Below, in pieces: positions 54,453 to 64,000 of a stretch of 64,000 nt of DNA. The stretch lies in contig OY762007.1 of assembly GCA_963665115.1 (NCBI GenBank), positions 3,040,001 to 3,104,000 of the forward strand, read 5' to 3'. Origin of the DNA: an uncultured Rivularia sp. (lineage in GTDB: Bacteria; Cyanobacteriota; Cyanobacteriia; Cyanobacteriales; Nostocaceae). Numbering within the stretch: position 1 is the first letter of the stretch; each line of letters opens with the position of its first letter. Made by a program: the position numbers and the translations under genes. The notes beneath the pieces were generated by a model, which worked only from the letters and a program-made list of their open reading frames with translations, had not been told where the DNA came from and searched no databases.

Positions 54453-54676
54453 AGGTTAAAGGTTAAAGGTCAAAGGTTAAAGGTTAAAGGTCAAAGGTTA
54501 GGAATTATGAAAATATTTGTAGTGGGAGCATCTTGCTCCCTTTATAATTTACCCTACTTATCAATGCCCAATGCCCAATCCCCAATTCACCATGCCCAAT
54601 CCCCAATTCACCATGCCCCATGCCCAATGCCCCATGCCCCATGCCCAATGCCCCATGCCCAATCTCCAATGCCCAA
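54453..54676. repeat. STRR-type heptamer arrays (GGTTAAA; CCAATGC/CCCATGC/CCAATCC) and a palindromic GGGAGCATCTTGCTCCC element
   Basis: Seen directly. Confidence 0.9.
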
Positions 54677-54677
54677 C

Positions 54678-55727
54678 CTAAGATTTCCCAAGAGTAATCC
54701 TTGGATCGGCAACTTTGAGTAATAAATCTGCTACTAAGTTACCAACAATTAATAAAATTGCGCTCATTATCAAGCTAGCCATTAGTACATATATATCTTG
54801 AGCGCGTACTGCTTGCAAAGTTAGTCTACCTAAACCAGGCCAGTTGAAGAAAAATTCGGCGATAAAAGCACCACTTAATAAGGCTGCTAGCTCAAAACCT
54901 AATAAGGTAATTAATGGGTTAATGGCATTACGAAGCGCGTGAACGTAAATAACGCGATTTTCCGGTAAACCTTTGGCTCTAGCTGTTTGAATGTAATCTT
55001 GACGCAATACATCCAACAATTCACCGCGAGTAATACGCTGCAATCCAGCAAAACTGGTAACACTCAAAGCAATTGTGGGCAAAATCATGTGCCAAAGAAT
55101 ATCAATAACTTTTCCCAAGGGTGAAAGTTGAGCATGAAAAATGCTTGTCATACCTCCAACAGGAAACAGAGGAGCAGTAATTTGAGCAAAAATCAATAAC
55201 AACAAAGCTGTAATAAAGCTGGGAAAACCTTGTCCGGCATAGCTAAGTACTTGCAAAATTCTGTCTGTAGCCTGGTTTTGTTTGACAGCAGCGAAAATAC
55301 CCAAAGGAATGGCGATCGCCCAAGTTAAAATCAAGGAAGCAAAAGCTAAAAGTAATGTCGCGGGTACTCTTTCCCATATTAGTGAAGCTACCGAACGCTG
55401 AAAAACAAAACTCTGACCAAAATCTCCTTGGGAAATAACTCGCCACAGCCACAAAAAATATTGAACGTGCCAAGGTTTATCCAAACCAAACTGTTGTTGC
55501 AATTCGAGAATTCTTTCTGGAGAAATTTTAGGATTTTGCCGCAGGTTATCTAAATAATCCCCTGGAGCCAGTTGAATAATAATAAAAGAAACTATCGACG
55601 CTAAAAAAATCGTCAGCAGCGCCTGTAATACTCGTTTGACAATATAAAGAAATGTTTCGCTAGTAACTATTTTGAGCAAAGAATCTCGACTCGATTCCCA
55701 AAAGCTTTTTGACGTTGTTGCAGTCAT
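54678..55727 (-). CDS. Peptide/nickel ABC transporter permease (OppB/DppB family)
   Basis: LAPGD, FGLDKP..QY..WL, DYIQTARAKGL, F.WPGLG and DPRI motifs. Confidence 0.93.
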   Translation of the reverse strand: MTATTSKSFWESSRDSLLKIVTSETFLYIVKRVLQALLTIFLASIVSFIIIQLAPGDYLDNLRQNPKISPERILELQQQFGLDKPWHVQYFLWLWRVISQGDFGQSFVFQRSVASLIWERVPATLLLAFASLILTWAIAIPLGIFAAVKQNQATDRILQVLSYAGQGFPSFITALLLLIFAQITAPLFPVGGMTSIFHAQLSPLGKVIDILWHMILPTIALSVTSFAGLQRITRGELLDVLRQDYIQTARAKGLPENRVIYVHALRNAINPLITLLGFELAALLSGAFIAEFFFNWPGLGRLTLQAVRAQDIYVLMASLIMSAILLIVGNLVADLLLKVADPRITLGKS

Positions 55728-55818
55728 AGCACCTGAATTAGAGGTTAAAGGTTAAAGGTTAAAGGTAGAGGGGGTAAAAATTACCAATGCCCAATGCGAG
55801 GGGGCCCAATTCCCAACT

Positions 55819-56337
55819 TTAGTATTCAACAAGAGAAACAATCGGCACGTCTGGTAGTTTTTTACGACCTTGTAATTCTTGTAGCTCGATGATAAATGCA
55901 AATCCGACTAATTCACAGCCTACCTTTTGAATAAGTTCGGCTGTAGCGCAAGCTGTTCCACCTGTGGCAATTAAATCGTCGGCAATTAAAACTCGACTTC
56001 CCGGTTGCAAAGCATCCTGATGCACTTCTAAAGTATCCGTACCATACTCTAGTGCATATTCAATTGCATGAATTTTTGCCGGTAATTTACCTTTTTTACG
56101 GACGGGAATGAAACCAGCTTCTAATTTATATGCTAGAGGTGCCCCGAAAATGAATCCTCGCGACTCCATGCCTACTACAAAATCTGCTGTCATTCCAGCA
56201 TCAATACATTTTTGCGTAAATAAGTCAATCGTGTATCTTAACCCTTGGGCATCGCGCAGCAAAGTAGTGATATCTCTAAATAAAATTCCGGGTTTAGGGA
56301 AATCAGGAATGTCCCGAATTAAAGATTTAAAATCCAT
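55819..56337 (-). CDS. apt: Adenine phosphoribosyltransferase
   Basis: [33 protein letters not shown] and DDLIATGGT motifs. Confidence 0.98.
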   Translation of the reverse strand: MDFKSLIRDIPDFPKPGILFRDITTLLRDAQGLRYTIDLFTQKCIDAGMTADFVVGMESRGFIFGAPLAYKLEAGFIPVRKKGKLPAKIHAIEYALEYGTDTLEVHQDALQPGSRVLIADDLIATGGTACATAELIQKVGCELVGFAFIIELQELQGRKKLPDVPIVSLVEY

Positions 56338-57125
56338 AATATAGAAGAGTCTACAATTAGTACTGTTCTCAAAACCTTACCCTAAATCTTAGTGCTGGGA
56401 AACCGAAACAGTGGGATGGTTATCAATTAACTATCAGCAAGCATTTAAAACTTTTTCTATCCGATAAAATATTTTACAGATTTGAATTACCAACAGAAAA
56501 TTTAATTAGAGCCGTTTTTTAAGTTTATTTTTAACGTCTTTTTAGTATATGAGGTCTAATATATAACGTCGGGGAAATTTTAGCGATGGAGGTTCAAAAA
56601 TTAGTAGATCGGTATTATTACAAATGACTTTACGCAGCATATCGCGACAGAATAATTGAATTGACAACCGAATTGCAGCGATCGCCGGTTAATACACCGC
56701 GACAATACATAAGTACATTCATATGTATGGTTATTGCAACAAATTGTTGATGTTAGCTGTAAAGAAGAACCCGTAAAGGTTTAGGCTATAGTGGAGCTAA
56801 CTGCTTTCGGCAAAGCAAACGCTATTGAACGTGCAGCAGCTAATTTGCTCGCATTTAACAGAATATACGCCAATTATCCAAGTTGCGATAGCCCTTTATA
56901 ACAACGCGAAGGCGTATCGCACTAACCAAATTGCAAACGGATGAACTAATAATGGTTTAAAACTTAGATTTTCGGTATACGGAAAGCTTGGATATGAAAC
57001 AGTAATTAATGTATATATCAGGCAGTTGGATTACTGCCATATGCCAACATATTTATATTTGGCTACCATTGTTTAATTAATTTTACCTATTTTTCTAGGA
57101 TAGCAGCCCTACAAGGAACTGATAA

Positions 57126-57752
57126 ATGAATGTTTCCGCTCCTTCAACGCCGATGAACAGTTCGGCAGAACAAGATTTGCCAATGATTCTGGACACCCTA
57201 CCCGATCCAGCAATAGAGGGACAAGGGTGTCCTCGTAGAACTAGACAACAAATTGACCTTATTTTACTCGCAATTGAAGCTTTGGATCTTGGCGGATCTG
57301 AAGCAATTTTGGCATTTGCTCAAGAATTGGATCTTAAAGGTATTATCAAAGATAGAGTAAATTTATGGCGGATGCGTAGCACTAATCCTTTACGCAGAGC
57401 TAATATTCGCCGTCCTTTAACCATTATGGAAGCAAAAGCTTTAGTGGTTATTTCCTGCTATTTAGCTAGGCGATTGACGGTTGTGATTCGTCAATTGTTA
57501 ATGATCAATCAACAGATGGTTGAAAAGCAGATTCCCTTGGAACAGAATTTGCGTCTCTCTAATTATTTGGAACGATTTCGAGCGCATTTTAGAAGCCGCA
57601 TGAATAAAAGACGTTCTGGATTAATGGCACTTAATTCTGACGATAAATTAAATGAACTGGCTGTGAATCTATTAGCACAGTTACTTTTCTGTACGGGAAC
57701 AGCCGGAATGCAGCGCTTCTGGATTAGTCTTTTTGATGGTGAAGTGGAATGA
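57126..57752 (+). CDS. DUF3038-family cyanobacterial protein
   Basis: DLILLAIEAL, RVNLWRMRSTNPLRR and LLFC.G..GMQRFWISLFDGE motifs. Confidence 0.8.
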   Translation: MNVSAPSTPMNSSAEQDLPMILDTLPDPAIEGQGCPRRTRQQIDLILLAIEALDLGGSEAILAFAQELDLKGIIKDRVNLWRMRSTNPLRRANIRRPLTIMEAKALVVISCYLARRLTVVIRQLLMINQQMVEKQIPLEQNLRLSNYLERFRAHFRSRMNKRRSGLMALNSDDKLNELAVNLLAQLLFCTGTAGMQRFWISLFDGEVE

Positions 57753-59161
57753 ATATTCAACGTAAATACAGTTTACCTAATTGCACGCTACTTTTAGAAG
57801 GTTTAAATGACGCTTCAAAAACCACACAGTTTCAGGAAATGCGCCCGGAATTGTCTATTTTGGTAAATGCAGAATGTACTGTATCTGGCTATACTCAAAG
57901 CCTAGCGGGTGGTAGAGATTTTTTTGAAAGTTTGGTTAGAGCTGTTAGTGCCTATGCTCAAGAGTTTTTGAGTCATGTTTCTAACCCGCAAGCGCACAAC
58001 TCCGAATCGGAATTAGTGCAGCTGGAAAAAATTAATGCTAATAGCCACAAATTAAAAGTACTTTCGGACATTGCTCCGGGGGATTTAAATAATGGTGGCA
58101 ATGGCAAACACACAGTGGAAGTTAATTTAAATTCAGTACAATTGTTCGACTTGGTAGAAGCGGTCGATCAATTTTTTGCGGATACTCAGACTTTACCAGA
58201 ATTAACGCTAGAACTACAACCAGTTGCTAGACCTCATAGTGCCGTTAGTGGTGCTTTACTCCAACAAGCAGTTCCGGCAACTGTCGGACTTGGTACTTTA
58301 GCTGCTGCTGCGATCGCATTTAATTTAATGCCAGCACCAGAATTTAAAGAACCAGTTGAAGCAAAAGAAAAGACATCAACTGCACAAACCGTTGAGCCAA
58401 AAACCGAAGGTAATAAAACTCAACCAAACGCAACTCCGACTAATACAGCATCGGAAAATACACCGCAACAACAAGTAAGGGATTTAGATAAGCTACTTAA
58501 TTCTGCTCCCGAAATTACGAACGGATCGCGATTGAGAAAGCTAAACAATCAAGTATACAACCAGGTGAATCAAGCTTGGGAAAATCGTGGAGAATTGCAA
58601 TCTGACATAGTTTATCGTATAGGCACGGCTGCTGACGGTGCGATAATCGGTTACAAAGCAATAGATAAAACAGCCAATGCGGCTATCGATCAAACTCCCC
58701 TACCCAAATTACTTTATAGCCCTGCTTCAAGTGGTGCGATCGCCAACGAACCAATTGCTCAATTTAGAGTAGTTTTTAGAAGAACGGGAGTACTAGAAGT
58801 TAGTGCTTGGAGGGGAATTGGCAATAAGTCCGATAATCTAGGCACAAAAATTACTGACGAAAAAGTACTTTCTAATTTAAATCAAAAACTATCAGCATCT
58901 CTAAACCAAAATTCTGGGGGTAATACTACTTATAAGGAAGATTTAAAATATCGAGTAGCGGTTAAGCAGAATGGGGCGATCGCCGACTACGAACCCCTAA
59001 ACAAAGCAGCCTATGATAATTTTCGACAAACACCCATTCCTAAATTATTCCCAAGTGATAATACTAATAATGTAGAGACTAAAGAACCCTTAGCTCAATT
59101 TCAAGTTGAATTTAAACCAGGTGGGAAAGTCGAAGTTACACCTTGGCAGGGCTATCGGTAG
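57749..59161 (+). CDS. DUF4335-family protein with a TM segment and duplicated C-terminal domains
   Basis: RKYSLPNCTL..EG and QLFDLVEA.DQF motifs; ATGA overlap with the DUF3038 gene; two YR.....G.I..Y...EP.AQF.V.F repeats. Confidence 0.8.
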   Translation: MNIQRKYSLPNCTLLLEGLNDASKTTQFQEMRPELSILVNAECTVSGYTQSLAGGRDFFESLVRAVSAYAQEFLSHVSNPQAHNSESELVQLEKINANSHKLKVLSDIAPGDLNNGGNGKHTVEVNLNSVQLFDLVEAVDQFFADTQTLPELTLELQPVARPHSAVSGALLQQAVPATVGLGTLAAAAIAFNLMPAPEFKEPVEAKEKTSTAQTVEPKTEGNKTQPNATPTNTASENTPQQQVRDLDKLLNSAPEITNGSRLRKLNNQVYNQVNQAWENRGELQSDIVYRIGTAADGAIIGYKAIDKTANAAIDQTPLPKLLYSPASSGAIANEPIAQFRVVFRRTGVLEVSAWRGIGNKSDNLGTKITDEKVLSNLNQKLSASLNQNSGGNTTYKEDLKYRVAVKQNGAIADYEPLNKAAYDNFRQTPIPKLFPSDNTNNVETKEPLAQFQVEFKPGGKVEVTPWQGYR

Positions 59162-59170
59162 TTGGGATGG

Positions 59171-59440
59171 GGAGACAAGGAGACAAGGAGACAAGGAGAC
59201 AAGGAGACAAGCAGACAAGGAGACAAGGAGACAAGGAGACAAGGAGACAAGGAGACAAGGAGACAAGGAGACAAGGAGACAAGGAGACAAGGAGACAAGG
59301 AGACAAGGAGACAAGGAGACAAGGAGACAAGGAGACAAGGAGACAAGGAGACAAGGAGACAAGGAGAAATAAATTCCTTATTTGCTACTCACTACTCACT
59401 ACTCACTACTCACTACTCACTCCTAACTCCTAACTCCCAA
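59171..59440. repeat. 24 x GGAGACAA octamer array followed by CTACTCA/CTCCTAA heptamers
   Basis: Octamer array at 59171-59362 (one GCAGACAA variant), between convergent genes. Confidence 0.97.
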
Positions 59441-59444
59441 CTCT

Positions 59445-61712
59445 TCACCTGACAACTTTACCCATATAACTTCCCCATAGTTGAGCAGCTTGAGCGCTGC
59501 TACCAGAAGTGGGAGAATTGTTATCGTTTCCTAACCAAATACCCGTCGCAAGTCGCCTACCGGGGATAAAGCCAATAAACCACAAGTCAACATTTTTATC
59601 TGTGGTGCCGGTTTTTCCACCTTCTCCAAATCCAATCGCAGCACCGCGCCCCGTACCTCTAGTGACTACTTGACGCATTAAATTAGTCATGGTGTTGGCT
59701 ACGCCAGTTTTCAAAACTCGCTTGTTAGCTTCTTGATCTTGATTGAAATCATAAATTACGCGGCAGGTTGTTAAATCATTACGGTTTTTACAGTCACTGC
59801 TGTCAAGAATCCGTTTAATGGCATGGGGACGATTCCATACACCCCTGTTACTAATAGTCGCGAAGGCTCCAGTCATCTCTAATACTGTAGTTTCGCTTTG
59901 CCCTAGCACTAAACCAGGAACTGGATTAAGTTCCGAACGCACTCCCATACGTTTTGCCATTTTTACTACGTTATCTAGCCCAACATTTTGAGCAACTCGC
60001 AGAGCAATTGGGTTTTCTGAGAGAGCATATCCAGTCTCAACGGTTAAGGGAGCAGTTCCACTTCTACAAGGTTTATACCTAATACCCTGCCATCTTACAG
60101 AAGTACAGCCATAAGTTCTTCCTGTGGAAATTCCTTTTTCGATAGCGGCGGTGTATGGAAAAACTTTAAAGGTGGAGCCAGGTTGTCTTTTAGCTTGAAA
60201 AGCACGATTAAACTGGCTGGTGGCAAAATCGCTACCGCCAACCATTGCCAAAATACCGCCCGTACTTGAATCAAGAGTAACTATAGCTCCTTGAGAAAAC
60301 CCAAAACTTGCTCCGGCAGTTTTGATATGGTTTTTTAGTGCAGTTTCAGCTTCGGCTTGGATTCTTGGGTTCAACTGAGTTTCAATAATAAAATTTCCTT
60401 CAGCCGCCAAGTCTTTTCCCAAAATAGATTCAAGCTCGTTAAATACATAACTGTAAAAATAAGGAGCAATTCTTTCGGCTTGACGCTCGCAAACCTTAGA
60501 ACTGACTTCAATCGGCGAACGTCTGGCGCGATTATACTCATCTTGTTTGAGATCGCCCATCTGATTCATTCGCTCTAAGACGCGGTTGCGATAACCTATA
60601 AGATTGCGCCTGCTTCGGGTATCGCCGCAAAAATTAAAACCGTTAGGGGCGGGTAAAATTCCGACCAAAGTGGCAGACTCCGCTGCGGTTAGATCTTTAG
60701 CTGATTTATCAAAATAATACCTTGCAGCATCCTCAAAACCTGAAGTATTTACTCCTAGATAAACCCGGTTAAGGTAGCTAAGCAAAATTTCGTCTTTACT
60801 GTAAAACGTTTCTAGCTTTAACGATACAATTGCTTCGCGTACTTTACGTCCTAAAGAATCCTGTCTACCTACATAATCCCGGAATAAACTGCGGGCTACT
60901 TGCTGAGTAACCGTACTAGCACCTTGTCGAACATCACCGCTGCGGGTATTAATCAACACGGCTCGCAAAATACCGTAAGGATCGACACCGAAATGCCAAT
61001 TAAAGCGGCTATCTTCCGAAGCTACTACAGCTGAAGCTAAATAAGGTCCGAAATCGGACAGCTTTTTCAAATCTACGTGAGCGGTGGTTCGAGGCTCTTG
61101 TAAAGGTGTTGCACCATCACCAGCATAAACAACTACTGGCCCTTGAGTGGCTGCGGGTAAAGGTCGCACGGAGAATTTCAGCCACTCTACGCCAATTACC
61201 AACGTCAGTAAGGCACTGACACCAGCAACTCCTAAACCCGCCCAAGTCGCAGCTTTGACGTAAAAAGGTGGAGGATCTGAATATTGTAAACGTACCGAAG
61301 CTGCCAGTTCCGGTGGTCCTAAAGTTAGAACATCGCCGTGACGTAATTCCAAAGAATCAACCCTACGCTTACCTCGATAAATGCCATTAGTTGATTTTTC
61401 ATCCTTAATGACAAAAACTGGCTTGCGTTGAGAGGAATCTCGCGATAGCGACAAATGAATTTGGCTGACTACCGGATTTCGGACAACAATATCGCAGGAT
61501 TTAGAACTGCGACCGATCATATAGCGATCGCCAAGCAAAGGATACATTTGGGCGTTCGTTGCACCAGCTTCTTGAACCAAAAGTTCTGGCACTCTCGCAT
61601 TAGGCTTGAGCGCCAGCTTGGAAAAATCGACCTGAGCTTGAATTGTCTGTACTGCTTGAGTCAGTTGACCAAGTAAAGTTTGCGGCTTTTTAGGGGGTTG
61701 AGGGGAACTCAT
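59445..61712 (-). CDS. Class A penicillin-binding protein with an N-terminal FHA domain
   Basis: FHA motifs (IGRS, VSQIH, STNG); transglycosylase motifs (SEDSRF..H.GVD, GASTVTQQ); transpeptidase motifs (QPGSTFK, SEN, KTGT). Confidence 0.93.
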   Translation of the reverse strand: MSSPQPPKKPQTLLGQLTQAVQTIQAQVDFSKLALKPNARVPELLVQEAGATNAQMYPLLGDRYMIGRSSKSCDIVVRNPVVSQIHLSLSRDSSQRKPVFVIKDEKSTNGIYRGKRRVDSLELRHGDVLTLGPPELAASVRLQYSDPPPFYVKAATWAGLGVAGVSALLTLVIGVEWLKFSVRPLPAATQGPVVVYAGDGATPLQEPRTTAHVDLKKLSDFGPYLASAVVASEDSRFNWHFGVDPYGILRAVLINTRSGDVRQGASTVTQQVARSLFRDYVGRQDSLGRKVREAIVSLKLETFYSKDEILLSYLNRVYLGVNTSGFEDAARYYFDKSAKDLTAAESATLVGILPAPNGFNFCGDTRSRRNLIGYRNRVLERMNQMGDLKQDEYNRARRSPIEVSSKVCERQAERIAPYFYSYVFNELESILGKDLAAEGNFIIETQLNPRIQAEAETALKNHIKTAGASFGFSQGAIVTLDSSTGGILAMVGGSDFATSQFNRAFQAKRQPGSTFKVFPYTAAIEKGISTGRTYGCTSVRWQGIRYKPCRSGTAPLTVETGYALSENPIALRVAQNVGLDNVVKMAKRMGVRSELNPVPGLVLGQSETTVLEMTGAFATISNRGVWNRPHAIKRILDSSDCKNRNDLTTCRVIYDFNQDQEANKRVLKTGVANTMTNLMRQVVTRGTGRGAAIGFGEGGKTGTTDKNVDLWFIGFIPGRRLATGIWLGNDNNSPTSGSSAQAAQLWGSYMGKVVR

Positions 61713-62163
61713 GGGCTATTCACACCACGGTTATTATTTAATAATCGGGCAAAATGCTGCCCTAAAATGCTGTTATTTCACCATTCTATTCACAAGAATA
61801 TATGAAGTTTGGCGATACTGAATTGTTCCAGTACACATATGATACAAAATCTACACTTAATTATCGAAAAATCGCGGTTATTTTTATTACAGCGTCTTGA
61901 TGGTAATTGATTGATTGTTGATTCCTTAATTGTTTTCAAATATTTGTTTTTTCTTGTTTTAGAGCATCATTATCTGACAAAGCAACACTATGGATACAAG
62001 TATATATATCAACTAATAGGCTGCGGAAAAGTGATGAAATATTTATATTTTTAATTATCAAGCTATATAAATTTAAAAAGACACATCCTCATTTAGACAG
62101 ATTTTATAAATCCATTTGTTTGATTTAATGGGCGTTGGTATTACTTTTGAGGAGTGAATAATT

Positions 62164-63315
62164 ATGAAGGGCAAATTTCTAACCCTTATTGGCACAGCCC
62201 TGACTCTAGCATTAAGTAGCACTGTTGCAGTTGCTCAATCGACTAAATTTCCTGAGCGAGACTTTCCAGAGCGCGAGGAACCTACAAGTATTTCAGAATC
62301 TGATGATAATCTTGTTGCTGCGGCAGAAGAAGAACTTTCGCCAGATGCAATGGAGATTTTATGTGTCCGCTTCCCACTCAATTCTCGTTGCTCCGGTGCA
62401 AATGCAGCAACCCCCTCTCCAGAAGAATCAACAACAGAAGAAAGTATGCCTGCGGAAGATAGCACTTCCCCAGATAACAGTTTTGAAGAAACTACACCAG
62501 GGGCACCTCTTCCAGGTACAACTCCTGAAGGCATAACTCCAGCACCAGGGGCACCTCTTCCAGGTACAACTCCTGAAGCAATTCCAAGCGAAGATGATGC
62601 TCCAACAAACATCACTCCAATGCCTGGTGATGTAACTCCTGAAGCAATTCCAAGCGAAGATGATGCTCCAACAAATATCACTCCAATGCCTGGTGATGTA
62701 ACTCCTGAAGCAATTCCAAGCGAAGATGATGCTCCAACAAATATCACTCCAATGCCTGGTGATGTAACTCCTGAAGCAATTCCAAGCGAAGATGATGCTC
62801 CAACAAATATCACTCCAATGCCTGGTGATGTAACTCCTGAAGCAATTCCAAGCGAAGATGATGCTCCAACAAATATCACTCCAATGCCTGGTGATGTAAC
62901 TCCTGAAGACGTAACTCCAAGCGAAGATGATGCTCCAACAAATATCACTCCAATGCCTGGTGATGTAACTCCTGAAGCAATTCCAAGCGAAGATGATGCT
63001 CCAACAAATATCACTCCAATGCCTGATGGTGTAACTCCCGAAGGAGAAGCAACCCCCAGCGAAGAAGATGATGCTCCAATGAATATCACTCCAATGCCTG
63101 ATGGTGTAACTCCTGAAGGAGAAGCAACCCCCAGCGAAGAAGATGATGCTCCAACAAACATCACTCCAATGCCTGGTAGTGTAACTCCTGATTCAGATTC
63201 CCCTAGCAACATGAATCAGCCAGGAGAAACAACTCTTCCCGATTCAGATTCCCCTAGCAGTACCGAAGAAATGACTCCTACTGAAGGTGGAGCAAAGATA
63301 TTAGCTCCTCAGTAA
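62164..63315 (+). CDS. Secreted acidic Pro/Thr-rich repeat protein
   Basis: RBS GAGGAG; signal peptide; CVRFPLNSRC motif; ~9 repeats of 22-25 aa (TPEAIPSEDDAPTNITPMPGDV). Confidence 0.85.
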   Translation: MKGKFLTLIGTALTLALSSTVAVAQSTKFPERDFPEREEPTSISESDDNLVAAAEEELSPDAMEILCVRFPLNSRCSGANAATPSPEESTTEESMPAEDSTSPDNSFEETTPGAPLPGTTPEGITPAPGAPLPGTTPEAIPSEDDAPTNITPMPGDVTPEAIPSEDDAPTNITPMPGDVTPEAIPSEDDAPTNITPMPGDVTPEAIPSEDDAPTNITPMPGDVTPEAIPSEDDAPTNITPMPGDVTPEDVTPSEDDAPTNITPMPGDVTPEAIPSEDDAPTNITPMPDGVTPEGEATPSEEDDAPMNITPMPDGVTPEGEATPSEEDDAPTNITPMPGSVTPDSDSPSNMNQPGETTLPDSDSPSSTEEMTPTEGGAKILAPQ

Positions 63316-63527
63316 GAGTGAAAATTGGATACTGATTTAGTAGAAAACTAAAAAATAAGAGTAAAAAAATAAGTTCTGGTTTCTCGCATATTGGTAATTG
63401 GCTTTAAAGCTATACCTAATACCAATAGCGGGTGTCCAGAATTTTTTTTGAATGCAACTAAATCTAATCCTGAATTAAGAAACCGGGTTTCTCAAAATTA
63501 AAAATTAAAAATTAAAAATGCTCATGG

Positions 63528-63998
63528 CTAAGAATGAGGATTTGGAGGTGTTTTTTGAAAAGAAGCAATTATTAAACAGGCAATACCAATATTAATAAAT
63601 ACATCTGCCAAATTAAATACTGGAAAATTGATTAATCGAAAATCCAGAAAATCTACAACATAGCTTAAGACAAACCGATCGATACCGTTGCCCATAGCGC
63701 CACTTAAAATTAAACCGTATCCCCATTGCTCCCAACTAAGTAAAACCGGAGTGAATAAAGCCAATGCTATCAATGCTATGCTCACCAATAAAGATAGCCA
63801 GCGCAACCACTCTACTTTGCCTGCAAATAGACTAAAAGCAGCCCCAGTATTTCGGACATAGGTAAAGTGAAATATTCCTTTTATTAATGGTTGTGTTTCT
63901 CCCAGACTAAAAGTTTGCATAACCCAGAATTTTGTCAATTGATCCAATACAAAACCTGTAATAGCAGTTATCCAAAAGAAGCGATTTTTTAAACGCAT
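63528..63998 (-). CDS. lspA: Lipoprotein signal peptidase
   Basis: DQLTK, NTGAAFS, GAMGNGIDR, VVDF and FPVFNLAD motifs. Confidence 0.97.
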   Translation of the reverse strand: MRLKNRFFWITAITGFVLDQLTKFWVMQTFSLGETQPLIKGIFHFTYVRNTGAAFSLFAGKVEWLRWLSLLVSIALIALALFTPVLLSWEQWGYGLILSGAMGNGIDRFVLSYVVDFLDFRLINFPVFNLADVFINIGIACLIIASFQKTPPNPHS

Positions 63999-64000
63999 TT

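Noticed and set aside
56340..57125. Possible ncRNA or small gene in the long apt-DUF3038 intergenic region
   Set aside because: Only short unrecognisable ORFs and weak hairpins; a call cannot be supported by eye.
59090..59452. Six overlapping ORFs (SPCLLVSL / DKETRRQG)
   Set aside because: They are translations of the stop-free octamer array.
62225..63212. 325-aa minus-strand and 103-aa alternative-frame ORFs
   Set aside because: Shadows of the repeat protein, whose own frame has the RBS and signal peptide.

Overview
AT-rich chromosomal segment of a cyanobacterium: many HIP1 GCGATCGC sites, heptamer/octamer STRR-type tandem repeats and xisI point to a filamentous, probably Nostocales, host (inference). 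Most of it is housekeeping: leuA, glmU, iaaA, pyrD, purL-purF, apt, lspA, an FHA-PBP and a nirA-nrtP-narB-narM-mobA nitrate assimilation cluster. The standout is at 22.1-24.8 kb. A Ro60/Rsr (TROVE-vWA) gene is preceded by four tRNA-shaped elements and followed by a fifth. The upstream four sit on different tRNA scaffolds (Leu-, Gly-, His/Gln- and Lys-like), and all five carry the same ~55-60 nt internal module (CAACTTGCC..GGACG..AGG.TTATCG). The module looks like a Y-RNA Ro-binding helix in circularly permuted order. A second notable locus at 48.4-52.3 kb is a small helical protein ending in a Q/N/G-rich amyloid-like tail, separated by one in-frame TGA-CTA from an NB-ARC/TPR (NLR-like) frame. 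Also present are a CHASE2-kinase/FecR/outer-membrane-barrel trio, a divergent NACHT and degenerate PD-(D/E)XK pair, decayed toxin-antitoxin genes and several small dispersed repeat families. Seven genes are broken by 1-2 nt homopolymer expansions that are probably sequencing errors. All calls are by-eye motif recognition; no database searches were run.
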